Shown: positions 1 to 8,575 of the stretch, piece by piece
Layout: every line of letters begins with the position of its first letter
Numbering within the stretch: position 1 is the stretch's first letter
IMG/VR virus record: IMGVR_UViG_3300027969_000052
Location: 1-64,000 of that record
Source of the DNA: a virus
Strand: one strand, 5' to 3'
DNA: 64,000 bases
Program-made: the position numbers and the translations under genes
Notes under the pieces: model-generated
What the model saw: the letters and a program-made list of their open reading frames with translations, nothing else
Database searches by the model: none
Told to the model about the DNA's origin: nothing

Positions 1-104
1 TTTGGGTACCCGTAGATAGTCCACTATATACAGACTTTATACTACGCTTTAGAGATCATTGCCCGCCCGTAGATACTTCATTGGACTTGATAACCGGATT
101 GTAA
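1..104 (+). CDS. 3' end of a hypothetical protein (truncated by window edge)
   Basis: Open frame from position 3 (WVPVDSPLYTDFILRFRDHCPPVDTSLDLITGL) ending in TAA at 102-104, followed by a hairpin and T-run. Confidence 0.5.
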   Translation, partial: WVPVDSPLYTDFILRFRDHCPPVDTSLDLITGL

Positions 105-126
105 AAATTTTGCGCAGGATTTTTTT
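103..126 (+). terminator. putative intrinsic terminator
   Basis: Imperfect inverted repeat aaaaatttt-gcgc-aggattttt with a T-run, directly after a stop codon. Confidence 0.35.
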
Positions 127-157
127 GTCTGCTATATAGATCGGCATATATAATACT

Positions 158-325
158 ATGAACGACCTATATAACCAAACAGTTGTACGTAACGGTAAAA
201 CTTATCATTACGATCCAGATCATGACATATACTACTCTAGATCCAGTGACGAATCCTTATTCAGCAAATGGGCATGGATTCCAGTTACTCTAGCACTGGC
301 TGTTGTCTGCTATCTATTGGACTAG
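158..325 (+). CDS. small 55-aa hypothetical protein with C-terminal hydrophobic helix (not in ORF track)
   Basis: ATG 158 to TAG 325: MNDLYNQTVVRNGKTYHYDPDHDIYYSRSSDESLFSKWAWIPVTLALAVVCYLLD; TATATAAT immediately upstream. Confidence 0.55.
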   Translation: MNDLYNQTVVRNGKTYHYDPDHDIYYSRSSDESLFSKWAWIPVTLALAVVCYLLD

Positions 326-327
326 TA

Positions 328-633
328 TTAGATCAGTGGAGCGGATTTAGTCACTCGTTGACTGCTACGCTCACCTACAGAGATTATGCAAGCACGTGAT
401 CCTTTGTACTCAACCAGTGTCCAAGAGCCCGTTTGGGGATTTACAGTCAGAGTTAATTCGGTATCAGTCCCGGGACTAATTCCATGCCATACGGGCTGTT
501 CCTTATACTCACCTATGATAGTTTGAAAGACTGCTGTTATATTATCGCATAGCACGGTCTTTGCACGAGTCACTGGTTCAGCTTGGACTGACTGTGATGC
601 CAGTGTTAGGATTAAAGCTACGGTGAATCGCAT
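328..633 (-). CDS. hypothetical exported protein
   Basis: Signal-peptide-like N-terminus (MRFTVALILTLASQSVQA), two Cys; TAAATA (638-643, minus strand) 4 nt upstream of ATG 633. Confidence 0.7.
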   Translation of the reverse strand: MRFTVALILTLASQSVQAEPVTRAKTVLCDNITAVFQTIIGEYKEQPVWHGISPGTDTELTLTVNPQTGSWTLVEYKGSRACIISVGERSSQRVTKSAPLI

Positions 634-749
634 CATGTATTTAATCGCACATTGTTTTTTTGCGCTTTGCGCTGGCCGCTTCGCGGCTTCTGTCTTGGTA
701 GCTAGCGACTGGTAAAACCATAAATAATTTCATAACAAGGAGACTTTTT

Positions 750-1079
750 ATGGCCACAAGAATAGTTACAACTAAACGTATCGTGCAAGATGCTGATACA
801 TTTGTAGGCAGAGATGGTGAGCTGATCATAGACGACGTTGACAACACCATAAAGATTAGTAATGGATATACTCCGGGCGGAGTGGATCTAACAGGACCCT
901 ATGTACAACTGCCTTTTTACAACGGTATAGCAGATCGCAATGCGGCCTTACCAAATCCAGTAAGGGGCATGATGATCTTGTGTCTATTGGATCGTGGTGG
1001 CGCTAACTGGGAATATAGAGTACAGGTGTACCAAGATGGCTACGGCTGGACTGATTTAACTTGGGGTACTTCGGGCTAA
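750..1079 (+). CDS. small virion protein with Mtd_N-like N-terminal domain
   Basis: Motif FVGRDGELIID...IKISNGYTPGG; AAGGAG SD; TAAATA at 721-726. Confidence 0.65.
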   Translation: MATRIVTTKRIVQDADTFVGRDGELIIDDVDNTIKISNGYTPGGVDLTGPYVQLPFYNGIADRNAALPNPVRGMMILCLLDRGGANWEYRVQVYQDGYGWTDLTWGTSG

Positions 1080-1085
1080 CAATCA

Positions 1086-1124
1086 GTGCGTTGCCTAATC
1101 GACCATCCCGATCTGACTAAATAA
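1086..1124 (+). pseudogene. relic duplicate of the 5' end of the 2273..2533 gene
   Basis: GTG-started MRCLIDHPDLTK* matches MRCLIDHP at 2273; 15-nt exact repeat taatcgaccatcccg at 1096-1110 and 2283-2297. Confidence 0.55.
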
Positions 1125-1150
1125 ACTCATATATAACAAAAGGAGTCGAC

Positions 1151-1540
1151 ATGTCCGACAATTACGCACTTAGCCCAAATGACCGCAAAGCACAGGAAAG
1201 CTATGCGATCGGCACAAAAGATCTAGTATTCCTACAGATAAATGTTAGCTGTACTACAGGTAGCTTAGACACTAACTACGCCAATAGCGACAGCAATTTC
1301 CAACGTCTACTACAGGTTCTACAACAACGTTTAGAATTCTACGGTGTTGGACAGCCCTCAGAATCATATGTTACTGTGGTCGTTACTCGTGCTACAGTAC
1401 CTTATTCTGGTAATGAAGAATCAAATGCAGGTGGACGAGTATCAGTTGTCGAAACCGACATCAATGACAGCCCATACTTTAGTTCGGCTTATGTTTTCCA
1501 AGGTCAGATCAATGGCTGGGCAATTGAAAACGACTGCTAA
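1151..1540 (+). CDS. hypothetical protein (possible virion protein)
   Basis: AAGGAG SD, TAAATA at 1118-1123, followed by a terminator. Confidence 0.7.
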   Translation: MSDNYALSPNDRKAQESYAIGTKDLVFLQINVSCTTGSLDTNYANSDSNFQRLLQVLQQRLEFYGVGQPSESYVTVVVTRATVPYSGNEESNAGGRVSVVETDINDSPYFSSAYVFQGQINGWAIENDC

Positions 1541-1560
1541 TTAACCCAGTCTTTTTATTC

Positions 1561-1590
1561 AAGCCCAGTTTGATCGCTGGGCTTTTTTTT
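1561..1590 (+). terminator. rho-independent terminator
   Basis: Stem aagcccag/ctgggctt with a T8 run. Confidence 0.8.
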
Positions 1591-1607
1591 GGCTCGTAAA
1601 TATGGGT

Positions 1608-2252
1608 ATGAAGATCCGACCAGCAGAAACCCGTGGCCGCATTGCCAGTCCCCGTACCAATCGAATTGTCAGCTATCGTAGTTTTGACTGTATGAGTTTT
1701 CACAGTCCCGAATATCCCAGCTGGCATTGCGTTGACACTATCAACGATGATCGTACTGCACCCGGATTTATCACAACTTGGCATAATCACATGGGGCTGG
1801 ACATATTGAGTTACGTGATCGAGGGAAGTGTAGAACACAAGGACAGCTTGGGTAATCATCGAGTAGCAGGACCCGGGCAGATACAGCACATGAGTTGTGG
1901 CGCGGGTATTTGGCACACAGAATCCAATCCCGGACCCGAACTCAATCGCTATCTACAGATTTGGCTACGTCCTGCTCAACGTTTTCTAGAGCCACCCCGT
2001 TACTCTTTGGTTGAAAGACCCCGTGAGTTTTCTCAATTACAGTTGGATTTATATCACCCGCAGGTAGCTGTTTGGGCGGGCTGGTTGGAGCACACTCTAC
2101 AGGCGAGTCAAAGCTATATACTGGTATTAGAAGGCATGATCTATGCCAATGGCCAAATGGTCTATGAAGGTGACAGCGTGGACACTGAAGATGACTTGGT
2201 TGAGATCACTGTACCAGCCGCCGCACACATTATACAGTTTCAACGGATCTAA
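1608..2252 (+). CDS. pirin family protein (YhhW-like bicupin)
   Basis: INDD...GF..WHNHMGLDILSYVIEGSVEHKDSLGN...QHMSCGAGIWHTESN...LQIW matches the pirin N-terminal cupin with H-x-H...H-x-E metal ligands; start placed at ATG 1608, 5 nt after TAAATA. Confidence 0.9.
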   Translation: MKIRPAETRGRIASPRTNRIVSYRSFDCMSFHSPEYPSWHCVDTINDDRTAPGFITTWHNHMGLDILSYVIEGSVEHKDSLGNHRVAGPGQIQHMSCGAGIWHTESNPGPELNRYLQIWLRPAQRFLEPPRYSLVERPREFSQLQLDLYHPQVAVWAGWLEHTLQASQSYILVLEGMIYANGQMVYEGDSVDTEDDLVEITVPAAAHIIQFQRI

Positions 2253-2272
2253 ACCGCTAAAATAAATACTGG

Positions 2273-2533
2273 ATGCGATGTTTAATCGACCATCCCGTGG
2301 ATCCCTACTTTCCCTATCGTGCGGTAGTGCCTTGGCCCATTGACATACGGGAAGATCAGCGGGATTGGATACTGTGTGTAGACACACTGGAATCGTGGTT
2401 GCGAGAGTATGTGGGCGGCCACTACAGTCATTGGGTTTATGCATCATTGGATCAGCAGGCCTATTGGCAAGCCTGTGTGGCATTTCGCCGTGATCCAGAT
2501 CGCACCATGTTTGTCTTACGGTGGGCTAACTAA
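2273..2533 (+). CDS. small phage hypothetical protein
   Basis: 86 aa, Trp-rich, ends in F.LRW as do many small phage proteins; TAAATA 4 nt upstream. Confidence 0.7.
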   Translation: MRCLIDHPVDPYFPYRAVVPWPIDIREDQRDWILCVDTLESWLREYVGGHYSHWVYASLDQQAYWQACVAFRRDPDRTMFVLRWAN

Positions 2534-2537
2534 CAGT

Positions 2538-2768
2538 ATGTTCCAAATACAAAAAATATCAGCACATATACAACTGCTGGAAAATCGCCTGGCAAAACTA
2601 CGAGCACATCGTGAATCAGTGGTTGGTGCTTTTGATCCCGAACCCAGCAAAGTTACTTTTGCACAGCGTGATCGACTCACGGAAATTGAACGGCAAATTG
2701 CCCGTATGGAAACCAGTATCACTGGCTACAGATCGCAGTTGGATCGAGCGCAGAATCTCCTGGGTTAA
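2538..2768 (+). CDS. small coiled-coil hypothetical protein
   Basis: ATG 2538 (MFQIQK) just after the preceding stop; heptad pattern. Confidence 0.55.
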   Translation: MFQIQKISAHIQLLENRLAKLRAHRESVVGAFDPEPSKVTFAQRDRLTEIERQIARMETSITGYRSQLDRAQNLLG

Positions 2769-3070
2769 TTATTGGTTTTAAGAGCCTGACGTACTTTGCG
2801 TTTGGCTTTTGATACAGCACGTTTAGCTTTCTTTACCACACCTTCGGGGGCGGGTATAAACACAGGTTCAGGTTCTTGAGCTTGAACTACTGGTAGCAAT
2901 GCTGGCTCAGGCTCTTCTAAAATTACTAAATTAACGGGTGGATACTTTGGCTGTTCCACTTCAAACTCTTTTTCCCAATCATCTGCACTGGTCCAAGCAT
3001 AGGCCACTGCGAGTAGAGTGACTACACTGATTATTTTAAGAGGGCGGACCCAGAAAGGTTCAAATACCAT
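2765..3070 (-). CDS. hypothetical membrane-anchored protein
   Basis: N-terminal hydrophobic helix, Pro/Glu linker, basic tail; sigma70-like promoter upstream. Confidence 0.65.
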   Translation of the reverse strand: MVFEPFWVRPLKIISVVTLLAVAYAWTSADDWEKEFEVEQPKYPPVNLVILEEPEPALLPVVQAQEPEPVFIPAPEGVVKKAKRAVSKAKRKVRQALKTNN

Positions 3071-3075
3071 ACTAC

Positions 3076-3104
3076 ATTATACGCTGAATCCTATCTAGGG
3101 TCAA
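3076..3104 (-). promoter_or_regulatory. sigma70-type promoter, apparently leaderless transcript
   Basis: TTGACC (3104-3099), 17 nt, TATAAT (3081-3076), then 5 nt to ATG 3070. Confidence 0.65.
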
Positions 3105-3738
3105 TGGTTTTAAAATGGTTTTCTCGCCAAATGCGCAGATCTACATAACCCGGTCCTAGGTCGCTATCCCGTGGTAAACTTTCGGCTATTACCCTATGTT
3201 CAGGGCGCATTAGGTCTCCCCAAAAGGCTAGGTTAATGGGCTGTGCCTGATCTTCAAAACATAGTCCCGCACCTAGACAACAAGTTAATCCATCTTGTGT
3301 ACGATAGAGATTTCTATTTTCCAGTGTAGGCCAAATTAAGTTGTGCTGTTCTAAATCTCTAAGTATCACAGGTATGATAGGGTCAGGGTCAGGTAGTTTA
3401 CCTAACCACTCACATCCTTCAAAGTCATGTATGATTTGAAAGTCCCAGTTTTTAAAACCTCTAATACGGGGGCACCATCGTAATTCTTTACTGTAAAAAT
3501 ACTGTTGCATGATTACTGCATCTTGTTCAAATGCTGTACGACGATTCCGCCAATGTGGCTGTCCGTGCCAGTTGTACCATTGGACTAACCACTTTTTACA
3601 GGGACTTAACCACAGCTCGTATATATTGTTGTCGATACACTTCCACTCGGTGAAATCGATGTCTTCACCGTTGCTGTCTAGATCTATAGGAGTGCGATCA
3701 GAAGTAGTAACCATTGTCTCGTTTAAAGTAAGTTTCAC
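3091..3738 (-). CDS. hypothetical protein, possibly a degenerate kinase-like fold
   Basis: Spacing WCPRI...ILRDLEQHNLIWPTLENRNL...CLGAG loosely follows protein-kinase-like subdomains, but without the HxD or DFG Asp residues. Confidence 0.45.
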   Translation of the reverse strand: MKLTLNETMVTTSDRTPIDLDSNGEDIDFTEWKCIDNNIYELWLSPCKKWLVQWYNWHGQPHWRNRRTAFEQDAVIMQQYFYSKELRWCPRIRGFKNWDFQIIHDFEGCEWLGKLPDPDPIIPVILRDLEQHNLIWPTLENRNLYRTQDGLTCCLGAGLCFEDQAQPINLAFWGDLMRPEHRVIAESLPRDSDLGPGYVDLRIWRENHFKTIDPR

Positions 3739-4525
3739 AACCTTCTAGTGTGCAGTTATCCTTACGATGATCATTCCAGAAGTTTACACCTAATCCCTGT
3801 GCTATGGCCATACCTACTGATTGGTTGCCAATATAAAGCTGTGATCCATTGATAACTTCTGCTAGTTCCAATAGGTCTTCTGTTTTATAGTGCTGTAGTT
3901 TGATTTTAAAATCTTCTTCGTAGTTTGCATGTTCCTCAGCAGTACCTACAAACACAGCCTGCTTGTACCATTCTTGTTCTACGATGTTACGCCATACTTG
4001 ATGTACTTGTCCGTTGCCGTAGCGATCAGTCTTGCTGATCACAATGTGTTTTCCGGCTACGCTGGTCTTTTTTACGTTGGTTAGCCACGGACGAGTAATT
4101 TCTGGTTCAAACTGAGCTGGATCAAGACCTACTGCTAGACTATACAAGCGACCATAGTGGCCCTTGTCGATTTGATTGCCGTAGAACCAACAGCAGATGT
4201 TATCTAATGGATGTGTGATTTCTTGACCTTCCCACTTGGCCCATTTCTTGATATAAGGCTGTGCTTCAATTAGGGGTGCGAGCAAATCAAAGTCTTTTTG
4301 CGTCATGCGACCTGAGTGACTTCCTCCATCACGCCAACCGATTACATTTTGACATAGGTTATCGAGGTTTTCAAATCGTAGGTAAAACTCGCCGCCACCT
4401 AACAGTCTAATCGGAATCATGGAATAAATGATGTCACCAAAAGTCCATGTCTGTGAGAATGTTAGAGTGTCGCCGGGTTTATAGGGTGCTGGCTCATATG
4501 GGCCGGGTTTGAATTTGTAAAACAT
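3698..4525 (-). CDS. glycosyltransferase family 9-like (heptosyltransferase-like, GT-B fold)
   Basis: N-terminal FGDIIYS and C-terminal DLLELAEVINGSQLYIGNQSVGMAIAQGLGV match GT9 GD.. and L.EL..LI....L.IGNDSG..HLA.A motifs. Confidence 0.7.
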   Translation of the reverse strand: MFYKFKPGPYEPAPYKPGDTLTFSQTWTFGDIIYSMIPIRLLGGGEFYLRFENLDNLCQNVIGWRDGGSHSGRMTQKDFDLLAPLIEAQPYIKKWAKWEGQEITHPLDNICCWFYGNQIDKGHYGRLYSLAVGLDPAQFEPEITRPWLTNVKKTSVAGKHIVISKTDRYGNGQVHQVWRNIVEQEWYKQAVFVGTAEEHANYEEDFKIKLQHYKTEDLLELAEVINGSQLYIGNQSVGMAIAQGLGVNFWNDHRKDNCTLEGCETYFKRDNGYYF

Positions 4526-4574
4526 CGCTGTCCTTTATATGCTAAGTTAATTATAGCATATTTAAGACATTAAT

Positions 4575-5009
4575 CTATGGATATATGCGTTGTTTGATTT
4601 TCATGCCAAAACTAGGTGTACCATCAGCATGTAGTGTTTGAGCAAGCCAATCGATGTCTGTACACATAATTCTAGGTTTAGATCGTGTAATAACAAATTG
4701 TACATACATAGGTTGATCAACGTACAAATGACCACTCCACTTAAAATTGGTAAACGATATATCTCTAATTTCTTTAACGTTGACCCATTTAACTAGGGTT
4801 TTAAAATATTTTAACACTAGGTCTAGCTCTGTTTGCCCAGGCACTACTTGATAACCAGTTTCTGATTCTTCTGGTAGATCGTAGATCCAGTTGATACTGG
4901 CACGATTTAATGGAAATGGCTGTGTCTTAACACCGTATCCTATCTTAATCTGATTCAGCAATAAGGCTGGCGGAATGGTTAAACTTTGAGCGTTGACGGT
5001 AAATAGCAT
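4575..5009 (-). CDS. hypothetical protein, possible MaoC-like hotdog fold
   Basis: C-terminal NFKWSGHLYVDQPMYVQFVI...DIDWLAQTLHADGTPSF resembles the hotdog strand pattern; TAAATA 7 nt upstream. Confidence 0.45.
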   Translation of the reverse strand: MLFTVNAQSLTIPPALLLNQIKIGYGVKTQPFPLNRASINWIYDLPEESETGYQVVPGQTELDLVLKYFKTLVKWVNVKEIRDISFTNFKWSGHLYVDQPMYVQFVITRSKPRIMCTDIDWLAQTLHADGTPSFGMKIKQRIYP

Positions 5010-5046
5010 AGTAATATATTTAACCTATACGACAAAGGAACAAGAT

Positions 5047-5280
5047 ATGCCCTACAGAGTTTACCAAGGTAAAGAAATTTTAACTACCAACCCACCCGTT
5101 TTGCCAAGAGGGCAAGTATCTGTGGATCTTAATTCGTTAGTTCTACACATAGGCGACGGATTAACTCCTGGTGGAGTTCCTGTTACTGGGTTAGGTAGCG
5201 GTGGCACATTAGCAATCGATGGAGGCGGCGCGGCTTCCGTTTTTACACCAGATGAGACCTTTGACGGAGGCGGAGCATAA
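5047..5280 (+). CDS. small Mtd_N-like virion protein
   Basis: GQVSVD...LHIGDGLTPGG motif and DGGGA repeats; AAGGA SD before ATG 5047. Confidence 0.65.
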   Translation: MPYRVYQGKEILTTNPPVLPRGQVSVDLNSLVLHIGDGLTPGGVPVTGLGSGGTLAIDGGGAASVFTPDETFDGGGA

Positions 5281-5282
5281 AA

Positions 5283-7205
5283 ATGGCACAAAAAATTCAA
5301 TTTAGAAGAGACACAGCAAATCAGTGGACTACGATTAATCCTATCCTTAGTCAAGGTGAACTAGGATTTGAAGTTAACACAGGTAAATTTAAAATCGGTA
5401 ACGGCGGTTCGTACTGGAATGAGCTTGCCTATGCTAGCGGTGGTGCTACTGGCTTCTCACAGCTAACAGGTCAAATCGGTGAAACTCAAATTCCTACTGG
5501 TCAAAATGCTATTGTTATTCCTAGTCACATCAATTCAGCGAACGTTGCAGAATCTGGGCAAGTTCTTAGTATCAATAATACCGGACGATTTGAATGGTTA
5601 ACATTAACTGGTGGCGGCGGTGCTCCGTTAGCTACAGTTGCAACAACTGGTAACTACGACGATCTCACACACAAGCCTAACTTTAGTCTAGGCAATTTAC
5701 GTACAACAAATACTGTAGTTTCTTCAGGTAGTTTTGCAGAAGGATCGACCTATGTAATTCTAAATCCAAGTAATACTAATTTTACATTGATTGGCGCGGC
5801 CAATAACAACACTGGCACGGTATTCACAGCAACCGGCCCAGGAATTGGGTCAGGTACAGCTAGCCTGCGTGGTCGTTTTGCAGTTGCGTTAACTGCTAAC
5901 TACAATGATTTATTAGATACTCCGACAGGATTATCTGCTTTTACAGATGACGTTGGATACCTTTCTACATTAACATTATTAAATTATGTAACCACAAGTC
6001 AAGCTATTCAAATTGTAGGTAATCAAATTGATCTAGCTATTGGTAGCTCTGGTACATTCTATACTGTATTACAAGAGCTAGCATCTGCAAGCACTAACAC
6101 ATCAGTAACTACTGCATTAGCAAATCGCTTGCGTGTCGATATTGATACACAGAATTTATCTAATCAACAAAAATTTAATGCCTATAGAAACATGGGATTG
6201 AGCGCAGTTTCTACATCAGGTAGCTATCTTGATCTAACCGATCTACCAAATACTTTTGAAATACAAACTGCTAGCGAATATGTATTAGGTGGAATCAAAG
6301 TAGGTACAGGATTAACAATTGATAATACTGGGCGTCTGAGCACTAATACTGCAACATCTATTATTGAAATGGTCGGCGCCGAATATAATAACGGTACTGC
6401 ACCGAGTTTAAAAGGTGAATTGGATCAGTTACCTGGTCAAATACGTGCCGACGGCAATTATGAATATCTAGTAACTAAGACTTTTAATCCTGGCTCATTT
6501 ACAACTAATCAAGCCGCTACTAGTAACACTACGGTGATTAGTACTATTGCAAGTCAATGGCTTAACACTATTAACAATGCAACTTCATCATATACTTCGG
6601 GCCAATGGAGTTTATTTAATACAGCAAAAACTGTCGAATATCCAATTAGTAACATTTCAACTAATGCCGGCACCGCTTATTTTACAATTGATGATCCGAC
6701 AGGGGTTACATACACTAGCGGACAACAGTTCTTTGTTCAAACTACTGATACAGTAAGTCGTATAGCAGTCATGGACAGTTATGGTGCATCTAAACAAAGT
6801 ATCGCCGGTGCTCCATCAACAACAGTATCCGGGACTATTACATTGCCCCGTGGACAAGCTAGCGGAACAACTGCTACACTAGTAACTGTTGATTGCACTG
6901 ATGTTACATACGGTGAATTAGCAATGAGCTTTACTGATACAAGTAATACCGAGTACTATAAAGGTATTTTAGAAATACACATTTATCCTGATAACACATA
7001 CATTGTTCAGCCTAACTTGTCTGGTAATAAAACAGATAAGATTGCAGTTGGATTTTCGTCAGGCGTAAATGCTCCTTGGACATCAACATCTGCAATTAAG
7101 ATTCCAGTTTATAATAGCGATGTTAGCGTCTCAACGCTTCTAACTCAAAGCACCGCAACTATTACAAATATTAAATATTCTTGGATCTTAAGATCAAACA
7201 TATAA
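5283..7205 (+). CDS. fibre/decoration protein with Mtd_N (hyaluronidase-like) N-terminal domain
   Basis: MAQKIQFRRDTANQWTTINPILSQGELGFEVNTGKFKIGNG; repeated A.VAT.G.Y.DL...P motifs; LGGIKVGTGLTI motif; Ser/Thr-rich. Confidence 0.8.
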   Translation: MAQKIQFRRDTANQWTTINPILSQGELGFEVNTGKFKIGNGGSYWNELAYASGGATGFSQLTGQIGETQIPTGQNAIVIPSHINSANVAESGQVLSINNTGRFEWLTLTGGGGAPLATVATTGNYDDLTHKPNFSLGNLRTTNTVVSSGSFAEGSTYVILNPSNTNFTLIGAANNNTGTVFTATGPGIGSGTASLRGRFAVALTANYNDLLDTPTGLSAFTDDVGYLSTLTLLNYVTTSQAIQIVGNQIDLAIGSSGTFYTVLQELASASTNTSVTTALANRLRVDIDTQNLSNQQKFNAYRNMGLSAVSTSGSYLDLTDLPNTFEIQTASEYVLGGIKVGTGLTIDNTGRLSTNTATSIIEMVGAEYNNGTAPSLKGELDQLPGQIRADGNYEYLVTKTFNPGSFTTNQAATSNTTVISTIASQWLNTINNATSSYTSGQWSLFNTAKTVEYPISNISTNAGTAYFTIDDPTGVTYTSGQQFFVQTTDTVSRIAVMDSYGASKQSIAGAPSTTVSGTITLPRGQASGTTATLVTVDCTDVTYGELAMSFTDTSNTEYYKGILEIHIYPDNTYIVQPNLSGNKTDKIAVGFSSGVNAPWTSTSAIKIPVYNSDVSVSTLLTQSTATITNIKYSWILRSNI

Positions 7206-7217
7206 AAGGAATAAAAA

Positions 7218-7505
7218 ATGGAAGAACAAAAAAGCTGTATTATGTGGTCTAGACCTCTAGATTCATTATGCATGAAAGTATTAAAGCATCTGCAGAGTAA
7301 ACAGGTTAACGTTGACGAACGTCAAGTAGATAATGCTGTTTGGACATGGGCACAGTTTAAGGCCGCTAGTCCAAACTGGAGTAATTTACCGTTAATTCAA
7401 TTACCAGACGGTACACAAATTAAAAATATTAAAGAACTTGAGTCTTGGATTGGCAAGGACGATTCTATACACAATCCAGAGCAGAGACCCTGGAATCCTA
7501 GATAA
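7218..7505 (+). CDS. glutaredoxin-like protein with degenerate active site
   Basis: MWSRPLDSLC...LQSKQVNVDERQV...WT...PNWSNLPLIQ follows phage glutaredoxins (WSK..CP.C...ERNI...WT...P.ARTVPQI), but CxxC is replaced by DSLC. Confidence 0.6.
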   Translation: MEEQKSCIMWSRPLDSLCMKVLKHLQSKQVNVDERQVDNAVWTWAQFKAASPNWSNLPLIQLPDGTQIKNIKELESWIGKDDSIHNPEQRPWNPR

Positions 7506-7864
7506 TGTCAATTGAACAATTTTATTATGATTGGGATGTTACTAAACTAGAAAGCACTGAAAAAATTGGTGACTATTCTAATGTAGTTACACGAGTGTTT
7601 TGGACGCTTTGGGGGTTTGACGATCACGGCAATCGTGCCCCCTTATACGGAGAAACTGAAATTGCAGTAGATCAACTACACAACGGTGCAGTTATTGAAG
7701 GATGGGTTAATTATAATAACCTAACTAAAAGCTATGTTGAAGACATGCTTGAGGAAACATTAGGCGAAGACGAAATTTCTAGACTAACTGATAATTTAAA
7801 AATACAGTTAGAGCAACTTCGTGAAAATAAAACTACAACCCAAATTCCGCCTTGGGTATCATAA
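7505..7864 (+). CDS. phage hypothetical protein of a type commonly found beside fibre genes
   Basis: Y.WDV..LE......NVV..V.W...G.D and Y.NLT...V...LE..LG motifs, C-terminal PPW. Confidence 0.65.
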   Translation: MSIEQFYYDWDVTKLESTEKIGDYSNVVTRVFWTLWGFDDHGNRAPLYGETEIAVDQLHNGAVIEGWVNYNNLTKSYVEDMLEETLGEDEISRLTDNLKIQLEQLRENKTTTQIPPWVS

Positions 7865-8545
7865 ACTTAGTAGTTGATCTTTTTTATCGTTAATAGCAGT
7901 CATTAGTCTGCTAATGTAATCTGAATTGCGGAGTGCCTTAAACGCAAGATTTCCAGAACCAAACTCACCATCCCTAGCAAGACTCTTTTTACGGAATACT
8001 GCTAGGGAATTTTTTATGACCTGCATAACTTCAAGATCCTCGGAATTGATTGCATTGTCTATAACCTTGCTCCACATTGTAGCTAGTTCCTCAACTTTAT
8101 TGCGGTCGTAATCTTTGGTTATTTTACTAGGTTGTCTAATCCAAGTTTCTTTGATAATGCTGTAACTTGCGGTAACTGCGGGATCGTTTAGATCTTCCAC
8201 ATAGCACTCAACTGGGATCCCTTTAATATTAATATCGTGGTTTTGTTTCCATAACTTACGTTTAGTATCAAATAGTTCTCGAACTTCGCCTTCACAATCT
8301 ACCTGAGAAAAATCCACTATTAAATGAAGATCTATATCTGACTGCCTAGTGTAGTTGTAGTTGGCTTGTGAACCAGTGATTAAAATGTCGTCAATTCGTG
8401 TCGAAACGTCTAGAAAACCGTAGAATTCCTTGGCGATTTTAAGCAATTTGACCTGGATTTCACGCCTAATTTTCCCGTCGTCCCATAGGGCAGGGTTTAG
8501 TTCGTTGTGAATCTCAATAGGGGGATTAAACTCAAAGATATACAT
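7859..8545 (-). CDS. Pol-beta superfamily nucleotidyltransferase
   Basis: GS..NYNY...SDIDLHL (GS/DxD), third acidic residue in PVECYVED, GEFG..NLAFK.LR motif; start moved to ATG 8545, 8 nt after TAAATA. Confidence 0.85.
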   Translation of the reverse strand: MYIFEFNPPIEIHNELNPALWDDGKIRREIQVKLLKIAKEFYGFLDVSTRIDDILITGSQANYNYTRQSDIDLHLIVDFSQVDCEGEVRELFDTKRKLWKQNHDINIKGIPVECYVEDLNDPAVTASYSIIKETWIRQPSKITKDYDRNKVEELATMWSKVIDNAINSEDLEVMQVIKNSLAVFRKKSLARDGEFGSGNLAFKALRNSDYISRLMTAINDKKDQLLSL

Positions 8546-8553
8546 AGATGATA

Positions 8554-8570
8554 TATTTATGGCGTAAATA
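8554..8570. promoter_or_regulatory. back-to-back T4-late-type promoters (TAAATA on both strands)
   Basis: tattta 8554-8559 and taaata 8565-8570 between two divergent genes. Confidence 0.65.
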
Positions 8571-8575
8571 CCCAT

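Noticed and set aside
653-690. GC-rich hairpin gccgc-ttc-gcggc with tgcgct repeats as a possible ncRNA
   Set aside because: Too short to support an RNA gene; most likely a terminator or processing hairpin between divergent genes
750-7205. Diversity-generating retroelement suggested by Mtd_N-like domains
   Set aside because: No reverse transcriptase and no template/variable repeat pair differing at adenines were seen in the window
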